Assembly (NCBI RefSeq): GCF_009734345.1 | Contig: NZ_CP032551.1 | Coordinates: 2,040,001 to 2,072,000 of the forward strand | Direction: 5' to 3' | Source: Pseudidiomarina andamanensis | Lineage (GTDB): Bacteria; Pseudomonadota; Gammaproteobacteria; Enterobacterales; Alteromonadaceae | Length of the DNA stretch: 32,000 bases | Shown here: positions 18,108-26,109 of the stretch, piece by piece | How the letters are laid out: every line of letters starts with the position of its first letter | Numbering within the stretch: position 1 is the stretch's first letter | Position numbers and translations under genes: made by a program | Notes under the pieces: generated by a model | What the model saw: the letters and a program-made list of their open reading frames with translations, nothing else | What the model was told of the DNA's origin: nothing | Databases searched by the model: none

Positions 18108-18140
18108 TAAGTGTAACTTTCAGTAATAGGACGTATTAAA

Positions 18141-18641
18141 ATGGCTGACGAACAGCAAGTAAACGGCGCCGATCAAAGTGAAGCGCAACAGCAACAAGCT
18201 TTCCAAATTCAACGCATTTACACCAAAGACGTTTCATTTGAAGCGCCAAATGCACCAGAAGTTTTCCGTCAAGAATGGAAACCTGAATTGAGCTTAGATT
18301 TGAACGTGAAAAACACCAAAATTGATGACGGTGTTTATGAAGTTGTTCTTAAAGTAACTGCTACCAACAAAATTGGTGAAACGGTTGCATTCATTGGTGA
18401 AGTTCACCAAGCAGGTATCTTCTCAGTTTCTGATGCCCTTGAAGAAGGTCAACGTGCGCATTTGTTAGGCGCTTTCTGCCCGAACATTTTGTTCCCATAT
18501 GCACGTGAGTGCTTATCAAGCTTGGTTAGCCGTGCAACGTTCCCACAATTGAACTTAGCACCAGTTAACTTTGATGCGGTATTCGCACAACACGTTCAAC
18601 AACAGCAACAGCAGCAACAAGCTGCCCAAGCTGACGCGTAA
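18141..18641 (+). CDS. secB: protein-export chaperone SecB
   Basis: The [19 protein letters not shown] hallmark is present, and the size and position upstream of gpsA fit. Confidence 0.95.
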   Translation: MADEQQVNGADQSEAQQQQAFQIQRIYTKDVSFEAPNAPEVFRQEWKPELSLDLNVKNTKIDDGVYEVVLKVTATNKIGETVAFIGEVHQAGIFSVSDALEEGQRAHLLGAFCPNILFPYARECLSSLVSRATFPQLNLAPVNFDAVFAQHVQQQQQQQQAAQADA

Positions 18642-18655
18642 TATCAGCGCAATCT

Positions 18656-19657
18656 ATGCGTAATTCGCAAGTAACAGTGCTAGGCGCCGGTTCTTATGGA
18701 ACTGCCCTAGCACTTTGTTTTGCTCGCAAGGGCACACAAACCTGTTTATGGGGCCGTGACGTCGAACAAATCGAAGCCATGGCGAAAACCCGCGAGAACA
18801 CGCGTTACCTTCCTGGTATTCAACTTCCTGACACGCTCCATGTAACCGCTGATTTAGCGGAGGCTGTCGCCGACTGCAAAAATATTGTGGTGGTGGTGCC
18901 GAGCAGTGCGTTTGCACAAGTGTTGAAAGACATGCAGCCAAACTTGCTACCAGATGCTCGTGTCGCATGGGCAACCAAAGGCTTAGAACCAGAAACTGGC
19001 CGCTTACTGTTTGAGGTGGCGCAAGAAATTCTTGGCGATTCACACGCTCTGGCAGTGTTGTCTGGGCCCACTTTCGCGATGGAAATGGCCAAAGGGTTAC
19101 CTACGGCAATTTCGATGTCATCTACCGACCCGCAGTTTGTTGAAGAACTCTCTGAACTACTGCATTGCGACCGCAGCTTCCGTGTATACACCAATGACGA
19201 CTTTATTGGCGTACAGCTTGGCGGCGCAGTTAAAAACGTGATTGCGATTGGTGCAGGTATGGCTGATGGTATCGGTTTTGGCGCAAACGCGCGTACGGCA
19301 CTAATTACGCGTGGTTTGGCAGAGCTGACGCGACTTGGCTTAAAACTTGGTGCGAAGCCAGAAACCTTTACCGGCATGGCTGGGCTAGGGGATTTGATTC
19401 TCACTTGTACCGATAATCAATCGCGCAATCGTCGCTTTGGTCTTGCCTTAGGGCAGGGCAAGTCGGTTGAGCAAGCGATGAAGGAAATTGGCCAAGCTGT
19501 AGAAGGATATCGCAATACGCGTGAAGTGGTTGCGTTGGCAAAGCGGCATGGTGTGGAAATGCCAATTTGTGAGCAGCTTTACGATGTCTTGTATGGTGAT
19601 ACCACGCCTCAGCAAGCTGCAATTAACTTGCTGAGCCGGGCACGAACTTCTGAATAG
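18656..19657 (+). CDS. gpsA: NAD(P)H-dependent glycerol-3-phosphate dehydrogenase
   Basis: The [10 protein letters not shown] Rossmann motif and the LGDLILTCT...SRN motif are present. Confidence 0.95.
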   Translation: MRNSQVTVLGAGSYGTALALCFARKGTQTCLWGRDVEQIEAMAKTRENTRYLPGIQLPDTLHVTADLAEAVADCKNIVVVVPSSAFAQVLKDMQPNLLPDARVAWATKGLEPETGRLLFEVAQEILGDSHALAVLSGPTFAMEMAKGLPTAISMSSTDPQFVEELSELLHCDRSFRVYTNDDFIGVQLGGAVKNVIAIGAGMADGIGFGANARTALITRGLAELTRLGLKLGAKPETFTGMAGLGDLILTCTDNQSRNRRFGLALGQGKSVEQAMKEIGQAVEGYRNTREVVALAKRHGVEMPICEQLYDVLYGDTTPQQAAINLLSRARTSE

Positions 19658-19665
19658 TTGTTCCG

Positions 19666-20250
19666 TTAGCTGAGTAACTGTTGTGCAATGGTTTGCCATT
19701 GCTCATCAAAGTGCTCAGTTGGCGAACGCTTGAACTCTGAGCGAACGAATTGGGTGATTTTGCCATCGGCATAAGCCATGACTAAGTTCGCTAACATGCC
19801 TTCATCTAAACCGCCTCTGACTTGCTCACGTAAACGGCGTTCACGCAATACTTGCTTCAGATTGGCTTCTACTTTTTCAAAAATACCAAGTACGCGACCG
19901 CGTAAACGTTCGTGTTCGCCAAGCAATGCGTCTCCGGTAAGGATGCGCGTAATGCCTGGGTTACGCGCAACGAAGGTGAGCACTAAACGAACAATCATTT
20001 CACAACGGGTGGCAGTGTCTTTTTCGTTCTCAAGAATCTGATTAATGCGCGACAAAATGGCGTCTTCGGTGAAATCAATCAACCCTTCAAACATCTTCGC
20101 TTTTGATGGAAAGTGACGATACAGTGCGGCTTCGGATACACCCACTTCGCTGGCTAAACGAGCGGTGGTAATGCGCTGTCCAGGGCTGGTTTCTAACATG
20201 GTTGCTAGGGCAGCTAGTATTTCTTGTTTACGGTCTTGTTTCGCGGCCAC
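19666..20250 (-). CDS. slmA: nucleoid occlusion factor SlmA (TetR family)
   Basis: The sequence [14 protein letters not shown]...[24 protein letters not shown] (helix-turn-helix) matches. The GTG start has GGAG 6 nt upstream. The gene lies downstream of coaBC. Confidence 0.85.
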   Translation of the reverse strand: MAAKQDRKQEILAALATMLETSPGQRITTARLASEVGVSEAALYRHFPSKAKMFEGLIDFTEDAILSRINQILENEKDTATRCEMIVRLVLTFVARNPGITRILTGDALLGEHERLRGRVLGIFEKVEANLKQVLRERRLREQVRGGLDEGMLANLVMAYADGKITQFVRSEFKRSPTEHFDEQWQTIAQQLLS

Positions 20251-20265
20251 GCAAAACTCCTTCTG

Positions 20266-20300
20266 TTTGTCGTTGATCGTTATTAGTTATTGGTTATTCG
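20266..20300. repeat. third copy of the heptad-periodic element (5 x TTNNTNG)
   Basis: The + strand reads TTTGTCG TTGATCG TTATTAG TTATTGG TTATTCG. The element spans the coaBC stop codon and most of the 36-nt coaBC-slmA spacer. Confidence 0.7.
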
Positions 20301-21525
20301 ATAGAAGCTTTGCTGCTTGCTGCAGGATCTGTTGGGCGATGGTTAATTTGCTGGCGCGTGCTAGAGCTTGCTGTTGCACGGTGTTGTTTGTATCCCGCCA
20401 GAACAGGAGCATCGCATTATCTTCACTATTGAAGCCAATGCTGGTATCGCTGACGTCGTTGGCAGCAATCATGTTGAGTTTTTTGCGCGCTAACTTATCT
20501 TGGGCATAGTGTGCAACATCGTTTGTCTCTGCGGCAAAACCGATGGTGAATGGGGCCTTCGCGAGAGCCGCAACATCCGCAAGAATATCCGGGTTACGTA
20601 CCAGCGTTATTTGCATACCATCATTGGATTTTTTGATTTTGCTATCGGCTACTTGTTCGGGGCGATAATCGGCAACGGCGGCACAGCCAATAAATACATC
20701 TGCATTTTCGACCGCCTGCATCGCAGCGGTATGCATTTGCTCGGCACTCACCACATCAATCCGCTTCACGCCAGTCGGTGTTGCTATGTTCACGGGGCCA
20801 GCAATCAAGGTAACTTGCGCACCCATAGCTTGTGCCGCTGCAGCGAGCGCAAACCCCATTTTCCCAGAGCTGTGATTACTTAAATAGCGCACAGGATCAA
20901 TGGCTTCGCGTGTAGGACCAGCGGTAATCACAATATGTTTGCCGGTTAGCTCTTGGTTGTGCGGTAGTAATAAACTGCAAATAACATCACGTAACTCGAG
21001 TGGCTCGGGCATACGACCAGCACCAACATCGCCACATGCCTGCGCACCACTTGCGGGGGTAATCACGTTAACACCACGTTGGCGTAGTAAGTCGCAATTG
21101 GCTTGCACTGCCGCATGAGCCCACATTTGTTGATTCATGGCCGGTGCGACGGCAACAGGCGCAGCAGTCGCTAAACATAACGTGGTGAGTAAATCGCTAG
21201 CGTGCCCATGAGCAAGTTGCGCTAATGTATTCGCTGACGCTGGGGCAATGAATACCAGCTCGGCCCATTTCGCCAATTCAATGTGGCCCATGGCGGCTTC
21301 AGCCGCAGGATCAAGCAAATCGTGATGCACTGGGTTGCCAGATACCGCTTGTAGCGTCAGCGGTGTAATAAACGCCTGACCACCTTGGGTCAACACACAA
21401 CGCACATCGGCGCCATAATCTTTTAAACGACGCACTAATTCTGGTGTTTTATACGCAGCAATACCACCGCTAATGCCAAGCAGAATGCGGCGACCAAGTA
21501 ACGGCTGATTGGGGCTTGTACTCAT
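20287..21525 (-). CDS. coaBC: bifunctional phosphopantothenoylcysteine decarboxylase / phosphopantothenate-cysteine ligase
   Basis: The flavoprotein N-domain motif [13 protein letters not shown] is present. The size is 412 aa, and the gene is divergent from radC. Confidence 0.95.
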   Translation of the reverse strand: MSTSPNQPLLGRRILLGISGGIAAYKTPELVRRLKDYGADVRCVLTQGGQAFITPLTLQAVSGNPVHHDLLDPAAEAAMGHIELAKWAELVFIAPASANTLAQLAHGHASDLLTTLCLATAAPVAVAPAMNQQMWAHAAVQANCDLLRQRGVNVITPASGAQACGDVGAGRMPEPLELRDVICSLLLPHNQELTGKHIVITAGPTREAIDPVRYLSNHSSGKMGFALAAAAQAMGAQVTLIAGPVNIATPTGVKRIDVVSAEQMHTAAMQAVENADVFIGCAAVADYRPEQVADSKIKKSNDGMQITLVRNPDILADVAALAKAPFTIGFAAETNDVAHYAQDKLARKKLNMIAANDVSDTSIGFNSEDNAMLLFWRDTNNTVQQQALARASKLTIAQQILQQAAKLLSNNQ

Positions 21526-21723
21526 AGTAAGTCCTTACCTTTAAACTCTTTTTACACTACCACGAATACAAAAATTGCGCGATATACAAATTTTCGCCAA
21601 CTTAACATTCAGTGATTGCCCTACAGCGAGAAGAATAGAGTCGTAATTCGCAAATGAGTGGGTGTGGCTGTGCTAATTTATCGGTTCAAATAATCGGTTC
21701 ATTTCATAGATCAAGGAGCGATC

Positions 21724-22401
21724 ATGGCAAGTGTGAAGGATTGGCCAGTAGCGGAGCGGCCGCGTGAAAAGATGGCTGAATTAGGTGTCGCGACATTAAC
21801 TGACGCCGAATTGTTAGCCATTTTATTGGGCACTGGTATTCGTGGCAAAGACGTTGTGGCGTATTCCCGCGACCTGCTTAGCGAATTCGATGGGCTGGGT
21901 GGTATGTTAGCGGCGAGCGCCGAAACCTTGATGGAGCAACCTGGGTTGGGGCCTGCCCGCGTCATGCAACTCCAAGTGGTGATGGAGATATCGCGACGCT
22001 ATTTGGCTTGGCAGTTACGTCGTGACGATGGTTTTACCCAACCCGCCATGGTGAGAGATTATTTAACCGCGCAACTACGACACCAGCAACGTGAAATTTT
22101 TGTGGTGTTGTTACTCGATAGCCAACACCGCTTATTAAAATACGTGGAATTATTTCAAGGCACCATCAATGCGGCGCCGGTCTATCCGCGGGAAATTATT
22201 AAATTAGTCATGCAACATAACGCAGCTGCCGTTATTCTCGCCCATAATCATCCATCAGGGGTTGCTGAACCAAGTCAGGCTGATCAACGGGTGACCGAGC
22301 GACTCAAGCGGGCCTTGAGTATGATCGACGTTGCTTTGCTGGATCACTTCGTTATCGGCGCTGGAACACCAGTTTCATTTGCCGAACGCGGACTCTTGTA
22401 G
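21724..22401 (+). CDS. radC: RadC/YicR-family JAB-domain protein
   Basis: A HhH N-terminal region is followed by the JAMM motif LAHNHPSG. The gene lies upstream of rpmB-rpmG. Confidence 0.9.
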   Translation: MASVKDWPVAERPREKMAELGVATLTDAELLAILLGTGIRGKDVVAYSRDLLSEFDGLGGMLAASAETLMEQPGLGPARVMQLQVVMEISRRYLAWQLRRDDGFTQPAMVRDYLTAQLRHQQREIFVVLLLDSQHRLLKYVELFQGTINAAPVYPREIIKLVMQHNAAAVILAHNHPSGVAEPSQADQRVTERLKRALSMIDVALLDHFVIGAGTPVSFAERGLL

Positions 22402-22456
22402 TAAAGTAGCGCCGCCGTTTACAGGATCAGAAAGATCAAAAAATATCAGCGATCAC

Positions 22457-22485
22457 TTGATTGCCGGGCCGATTTGCTGTATAAA
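22457..22485 (+). promoter_or_regulatory. candidate sigma-70 promoter for rpmB-rpmG
   Basis: TTGATT (22457-22462), a 17-nt spacer, then TATAAA (22480-22485). Confidence 0.5.
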
Positions 22486-22559
22486 ATGCGCCCTCGGATT
22501 CAAGGCAAGGCCGCGATGGGCGACAGGCGAGCTTGAAGCAATTTTGGAGTAAATAAACG

Positions 22560-22796
22560 ATGTCACAAGTATGTCAAGTTACAGGAAAGCGTCCGGTTAC
22601 CGGTAATAACCGTTCTCACGCGCGCAATGCGACCAAGCGTCGTTTCCTGCCGAACCTGCAATCTCACCGCTTCTGGGTAGAATCAGAAAAGCGTTGGGTT
22701 AAATTGCGTATCTCTACTAAGGGAATGCGTATTGTTGATAAAAATGGTATCGACGCGGTGCTCGCAGATTTGCGCGCTCGTGGCGAGAAAGTGTAA
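22560..22796 (+). CDS. rpmB: 50S ribosomal protein L28
   Basis: [33 protein letters not shown] is the canonical L28 sequence. Confidence 0.97.
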   Translation: MSQVCQVTGKRPVTGNNRSHARNATKRRFLPNLQSHRFWVESEKRWVKLRISTKGMRIVDKNGIDAVLADLRARGEKV

Positions 22797-22807
22797 GGAG
22801 CTAAACC

Positions 22808-22963
22808 ATGCGTGATAAGATCCGTCTAGTTTCTTCTGCCGGTACTGGTTTCTTCTACACTACCGATAAGAACAAGCGCAACATGCCAGAAAAAATGGAA
22901 ATCAAAAAATACGATCCAGTGGTTCGTAAGCACGTGATTTTCAAAGAAGCTAAAATTAAGTAA
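22808..22963 (+). CDS. rpmG: 50S ribosomal protein L33 (51 aa; not in the supplied ORF track)
   Basis: My manual translation gives [51 protein letters not shown]. This is close to E. coli L33 (...[46 protein letters not shown]). GGAG lies upstream. Confidence 0.95.
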   Translation: MRDKIRLVSSAGTGFFYTTDKNKRNMPEKMEIKKYDPVVRKHVIFKEAKIK

Positions 22964-22978
22964 GCTTCTTCTGAGCAC

Positions 22979-23006
22979 AAAAAACCCAGCCTAGCTGGGT
23001 TTTTTT
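22979..23006. terminator. bidirectional rho-independent terminator after rpmG, also facing the convergent oxygenase gene
   Basis: AAAAAA-CCCAGC-cta-GCTGGG-TTTTTTT. Confidence 0.85.
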
Positions 23007-23026
23007 GTGCCTGAAATTCTTGTCGA

Positions 23027-23686
23027 TTAACGTGTGGGGTCAATCACGCCGTTGATACTCGTATTATGCCGATACCAACCGGTGATGCTGAAACGATCGC
23101 GATTGCCTGCCAATACTTCATGCACAAACACGTCACTAAGAAATACAACAAGTTTACCTGCTTCAGGTAAAATGGTTTCCAACACTTCGCCGCGTTCACC
23201 ATACATAACCAGCTGACCGCCGTCGGCTTCCTGCCAATCTGGGTTTAAATAAAATACCGTGGTGAGAATACGATTACTGCGGCCTTTGAACGCATCAAGA
23301 TGTTTACGATAAAACGCGCCAGGCGGGTAGTGCGCCAAATGACATTCGTAATCGAACAAGCCCATGAACAATTCACGATTCACTTGCAAGCGTAACTCAT
23401 CCATCATGGCTAAGTAGGCACGTTCAAGCTCGAAATCGCGCTGTAACCAACGAATTTTATCTTGGCGCACCGCCGTGTTAGTGGTGTATTGATCCGCTCG
23501 ACCAATACCAGCTTGCTGCCAATCGGACGCTTGCAACGATTGCGCATAATCAAACAAACGTTGACAATAAGGCGCTTCTAGATAGTTCGGCACAACCACG
23601 TAACCGTGTTCCGCGAGCTGATCAAAATCGATGGCGGAGGTACGAAATGCGTTAGCGTCAAGTGGTACAGGAGCCGATAGTGTCAA
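23027..23686 (-). CDS. 2OG-Fe(II) oxygenase, prolyl-4-hydroxylase/PHD-like (SM-20-related)
   Basis: The HxD...H...R facial-triad pattern is present: YRKHLDAF, VFVHEV and RDRFSITGWY. The maximal ORF runs to a TTG at 23791, adding a hydrophobic 35-aa extension and leaving only 17 nt to mutM. The TTG at 23686 has GGAG 10 nt upstream and gives 219 aa. The true start is uncertain. Confidence 0.7.
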   Translation of the reverse strand: MTLSAPVPLDANAFRTSAIDFDQLAEHGYVVVPNYLEAPYCQRLFDYAQSLQASDWQQAGIGRADQYTTNTAVRQDKIRWLQRDFELERAYLAMMDELRLQVNRELFMGLFDYECHLAHYPPGAFYRKHLDAFKGRSNRILTTVFYLNPDWQEADGGQLVMYGERGEVLETILPEAGKLVVFLSDVFVHEVLAGNRDRFSITGWYRHNTSINGVIDPTR

Positions 23687-23808
23687 TGCGGTTAAACTCC
23701 AAGAAGCGTTGTTGCGTATTGATATCGTTGTCGCTAAAACTGCGACAAGCAAGAGTTGCGCGAATATAATGTAGCCGATGAATAAACACAAGCCACTGTG
23801 GATAGAGT

Positions 23809-24624
23809 ATGCCTGAATTACCAGAAGTTGAAGTGAGTAAGCGTGGCGTAGCGCCGCACCTTGAGAATCAAGAAATTAGTCACGTCATTGTTCGTGATCA
23901 TCGCCTGCGTTGGCCGGTATCGCCGGAATTAGAACAGCTAGGTGGTGCGCATATTATTCAGGTGGAGCGCCGTGCGAAGTATTTAATTCTGCACACCTCA
24001 AAAGGCTATGTGATCGTGCATTTAGGCATGTCCGGTGCATTGCGCGTGGTGCCGGCAGAGACACCACCGGTTAAGCATGACCACGTTGATCTGGTGCTCA
24101 CATCGGGCTTGTGTTTACGCTTTAACGACCCACGTCGGTTTGGCTGTTGGCTCTACTCTATAGAGCACCCGAGTTTAGCGCACCCGCTACTGTGTGAACT
24201 CGGCCCTGAGCCATTGACTGACGCCTTTGATGCTGACTATCTATTTGCGTCGTCACGCGGCCGTCAGCAATCTATCAAAACGTTCATCATGGATAATCAT
24301 GTGGTAGTTGGTGTGGGGAATATTTACGCCAATGAATCATTGTTCAAGGCGGGCATTCACCCGAAACGGGCGGCAGGCAAGGTTAGCAAACAGCGCTATC
24401 AGAAGCTGGTGCCAATTATTAAGGCAACGCTTGCCAAAGCGATTGAACAAGGCGGCACCACCTTGCAAGACTTTACCCAAGTGGATGGGCAGCCAGGTTA
24501 CTTCAAGCAGGAGCTCATGGTGTATGGGCGTGGTGGCAAATTATGTATGACGTGTTCTGGTCGGTTAAAAGAAATACGGCTCGGGCAACGTAGTACGGTC
24601 TATTGCCCGAGTTGCCAGCGCTAA
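23809..24624 (+). CDS. mutM: formamidopyrimidine-DNA glycosylase
   Basis: The N-terminus is MPELPEVE, and a C-terminal CxxC...CxxC zinc finger (CMTCSG...YCPSCQ) is present. Confidence 0.95.
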   Translation: MPELPEVEVSKRGVAPHLENQEISHVIVRDHRLRWPVSPELEQLGGAHIIQVERRAKYLILHTSKGYVIVHLGMSGALRVVPAETPPVKHDHVDLVLTSGLCLRFNDPRRFGCWLYSIEHPSLAHPLLCELGPEPLTDAFDADYLFASSRGRQQSIKTFIMDNHVVVGVGNIYANESLFKAGIHPKRAAGKVSKQRYQKLVPIIKATLAKAIEQGGTTLQDFTQVDGQPGYFKQELMVYGRGGKLCMTCSGRLKEIRLGQRSTVYCPSCQR

Positions 24625-25403
24625 GGCATGTGCCGTTGTAAAAACGGCACCAAATGCGCCACAAATCCTTCCGGATCGCTAATAAACGGCGCGTGACTGC
24701 ATTTGGGTGCAACGTAGCACTCGCTCTCAGGTAACCACGCACTTACGCGCTCAGCAACGCCTTTGGGCACAAGTGCGTCGAGTTTTCCATACATGCGCAA
24801 GCACGGCACCTGTAAGTCTGGCAAACGCGAACGAAGATCAACGCTCGCCAACATATCTAAGCCGGCATCTAACACCTCTACGGACGCCATCGGCTTAGCA
24901 AATAACCATTCTTTAATTTGTTTGACGTCTTCGCGGGCGTGCGGCGAACCCAGTGACTGCAATGCTAAAAACCTTTCCACGGTGCGTTTGAAGTCTTTGC
25001 TCAGTTGCTTGGCAAAGGTGTTCAGTACATGTGGTTCAATGCCCGGCCAATCGTTTTCAGAAGGAAAGTAAGGCGACGACGCCACGGTGGTTAAACTATA
25101 AAAGCGCTCTGGGTGGCGCAACGCCAATTCGGTAGCCACTAGCCCCCCGAGTGACCAGCCGATTAAATGACAACGTTCTGGCAACGCGGCTAACGTCAGC
25201 TCGCAGAGATTGTCAAAATTCAACGGCATGTCATCTGGCCAAGGCGATTCGCCATAGCCCGGCAAATCGAAGCGATGCAGCGTGCCTACTTGTGCCAATG
25301 GCGCCACGATTGGCGTCCAAATATTGGCGTTTAAGCCCCAGCCATGGAGTACAACAATATCCGTCCCTGTGCCCCTGACGGCACGCCAAACTGAAGCTAC
25401 CAT
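24621..25403 (-). CDS. bioH: pimeloyl-ACP methyl ester carboxylesterase (alpha/beta hydrolase)
   Basis: HGWGLN and the nucleophile elbow GWSLGG are present. The gene is divergent from comF/gntX, as in E. coli. Confidence 0.85.
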   Translation of the reverse strand: MVASVWRAVRGTGTDIVVLHGWGLNANIWTPIVAPLAQVGTLHRFDLPGYGESPWPDDMPLNFDNLCELTLAALPERCHLIGWSLGGLVATELALRHPERFYSLTTVASSPYFPSENDWPGIEPHVLNTFAKQLSKDFKRTVERFLALQSLGSPHAREDVKQIKEWLFAKPMASVEVLDAGLDMLASVDLRSRLPDLQVPCLRMYGKLDALVPKGVAERVSAWLPESECYVAPKCSHAPFISDPEGFVAHLVPFLQRHMP

Positions 25404-25437
25404 TTTAAATTCTCTATCACTGCGAAAGGATGCGTCT

Positions 25438-26109
25438 ATGTTAGGGTATTGCTGGTTGTGTGATCAATCATTACGTATTGCGGAAACGAGTGGCTTATGC
25501 CATGTGTGCTTGCATGATTTGCCGCGGTTACCGCCGTCGTGTTTGCGGTGGCGCTGCCAGCGACCAGAACTTGCCTTGGGCCGCTACTGGTTTGCAGCAT
25601 TTCGCTGGAAGCCGGATATTCAGCATTTAGTGCATCGATTCAAATTTCAGCGTTGCCCAGAGCTGGCAGGCATCCTCGCGCCTTTTCTTGCGGCTCAAGT
25701 ACAACATTGTTATCGAGACCAACCAGACGCTTGGCCAGATATGTTGGTGGCGATGCCGATGACTTACAAGCGTTGGTGTCAGCGTGGTTATAACCAAGCG
25801 GGGCTGCTTACCCATCAAGTCGCGCCGTTGCTGCAACTCCCAGTCGCGACCGGTTTGTTGCGTCGAATTCGTGATGATGATGGCGCGCAACACCACGCGG
25901 GTGCCGGTCAACGATGGCAAAACATGCATCGAAGTATGCACTGCAGTCGGGATGTGAGCGGCTTAAAACTGGCGATTATTGATGATGTGTTGACCACCGG
26001 CGCATCCATGTCGGCGGCTGCCGATGCGCTGATGCGACGCGGGGCCAAAGTGGTTGATGCGTGGGCGTTAGCTTACGCCGAACCGCATCAACCAGATACG
26101 GAGGATTAG
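25438..26109 (+). CDS. comF: ComF/GntX-family amidophosphoribosyltransferase-like competence protein
   Basis: An N-terminal CxxC...CxxC motif (CWLCDQ...CHVC) and the PRTase motif LAIIDDVLTTGAS are present. The ATG at 25438 has AAAGGA upstream. The track's longer ORF overlaps bioH and is rejected. Confidence 0.85.
   Translation: MLGYCWLCDQSLRIAETSGLCHVCLHDLPRLPPSCLRWRCQRPELALGRYWFAAFRWKPDIQHLVHRFKFQRCPELAGILAPFLAAQVQHCYRDQPDAWPDMLVAMPMTYKRWCQRGYNQAGLLTHQVAPLLQLPVATGLLRRIRDDDGAQHHAGAGQRWQNMHRSMHCSRDVSGLKLAIIDDVLTTGASMSAAADALMRRGAKVVDAWALAYAEPHQPDTED

Noticed and set aside
18820-19404. 194-aa ORF antisense to gpsA
   Set aside because: It lies wholly inside the confidently identified gpsA gene. 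It has the Ser/Pro/Ala-rich composition typical of antisense frames in GC-balanced genes.
25282-25437. 5' extension of the comF ORF
   Set aside because: It overlaps the bioH 5' coding region on the other strand. The ATG at 25438 has an AAAGGA RBS and begins just ahead of the conserved CxxC motif.
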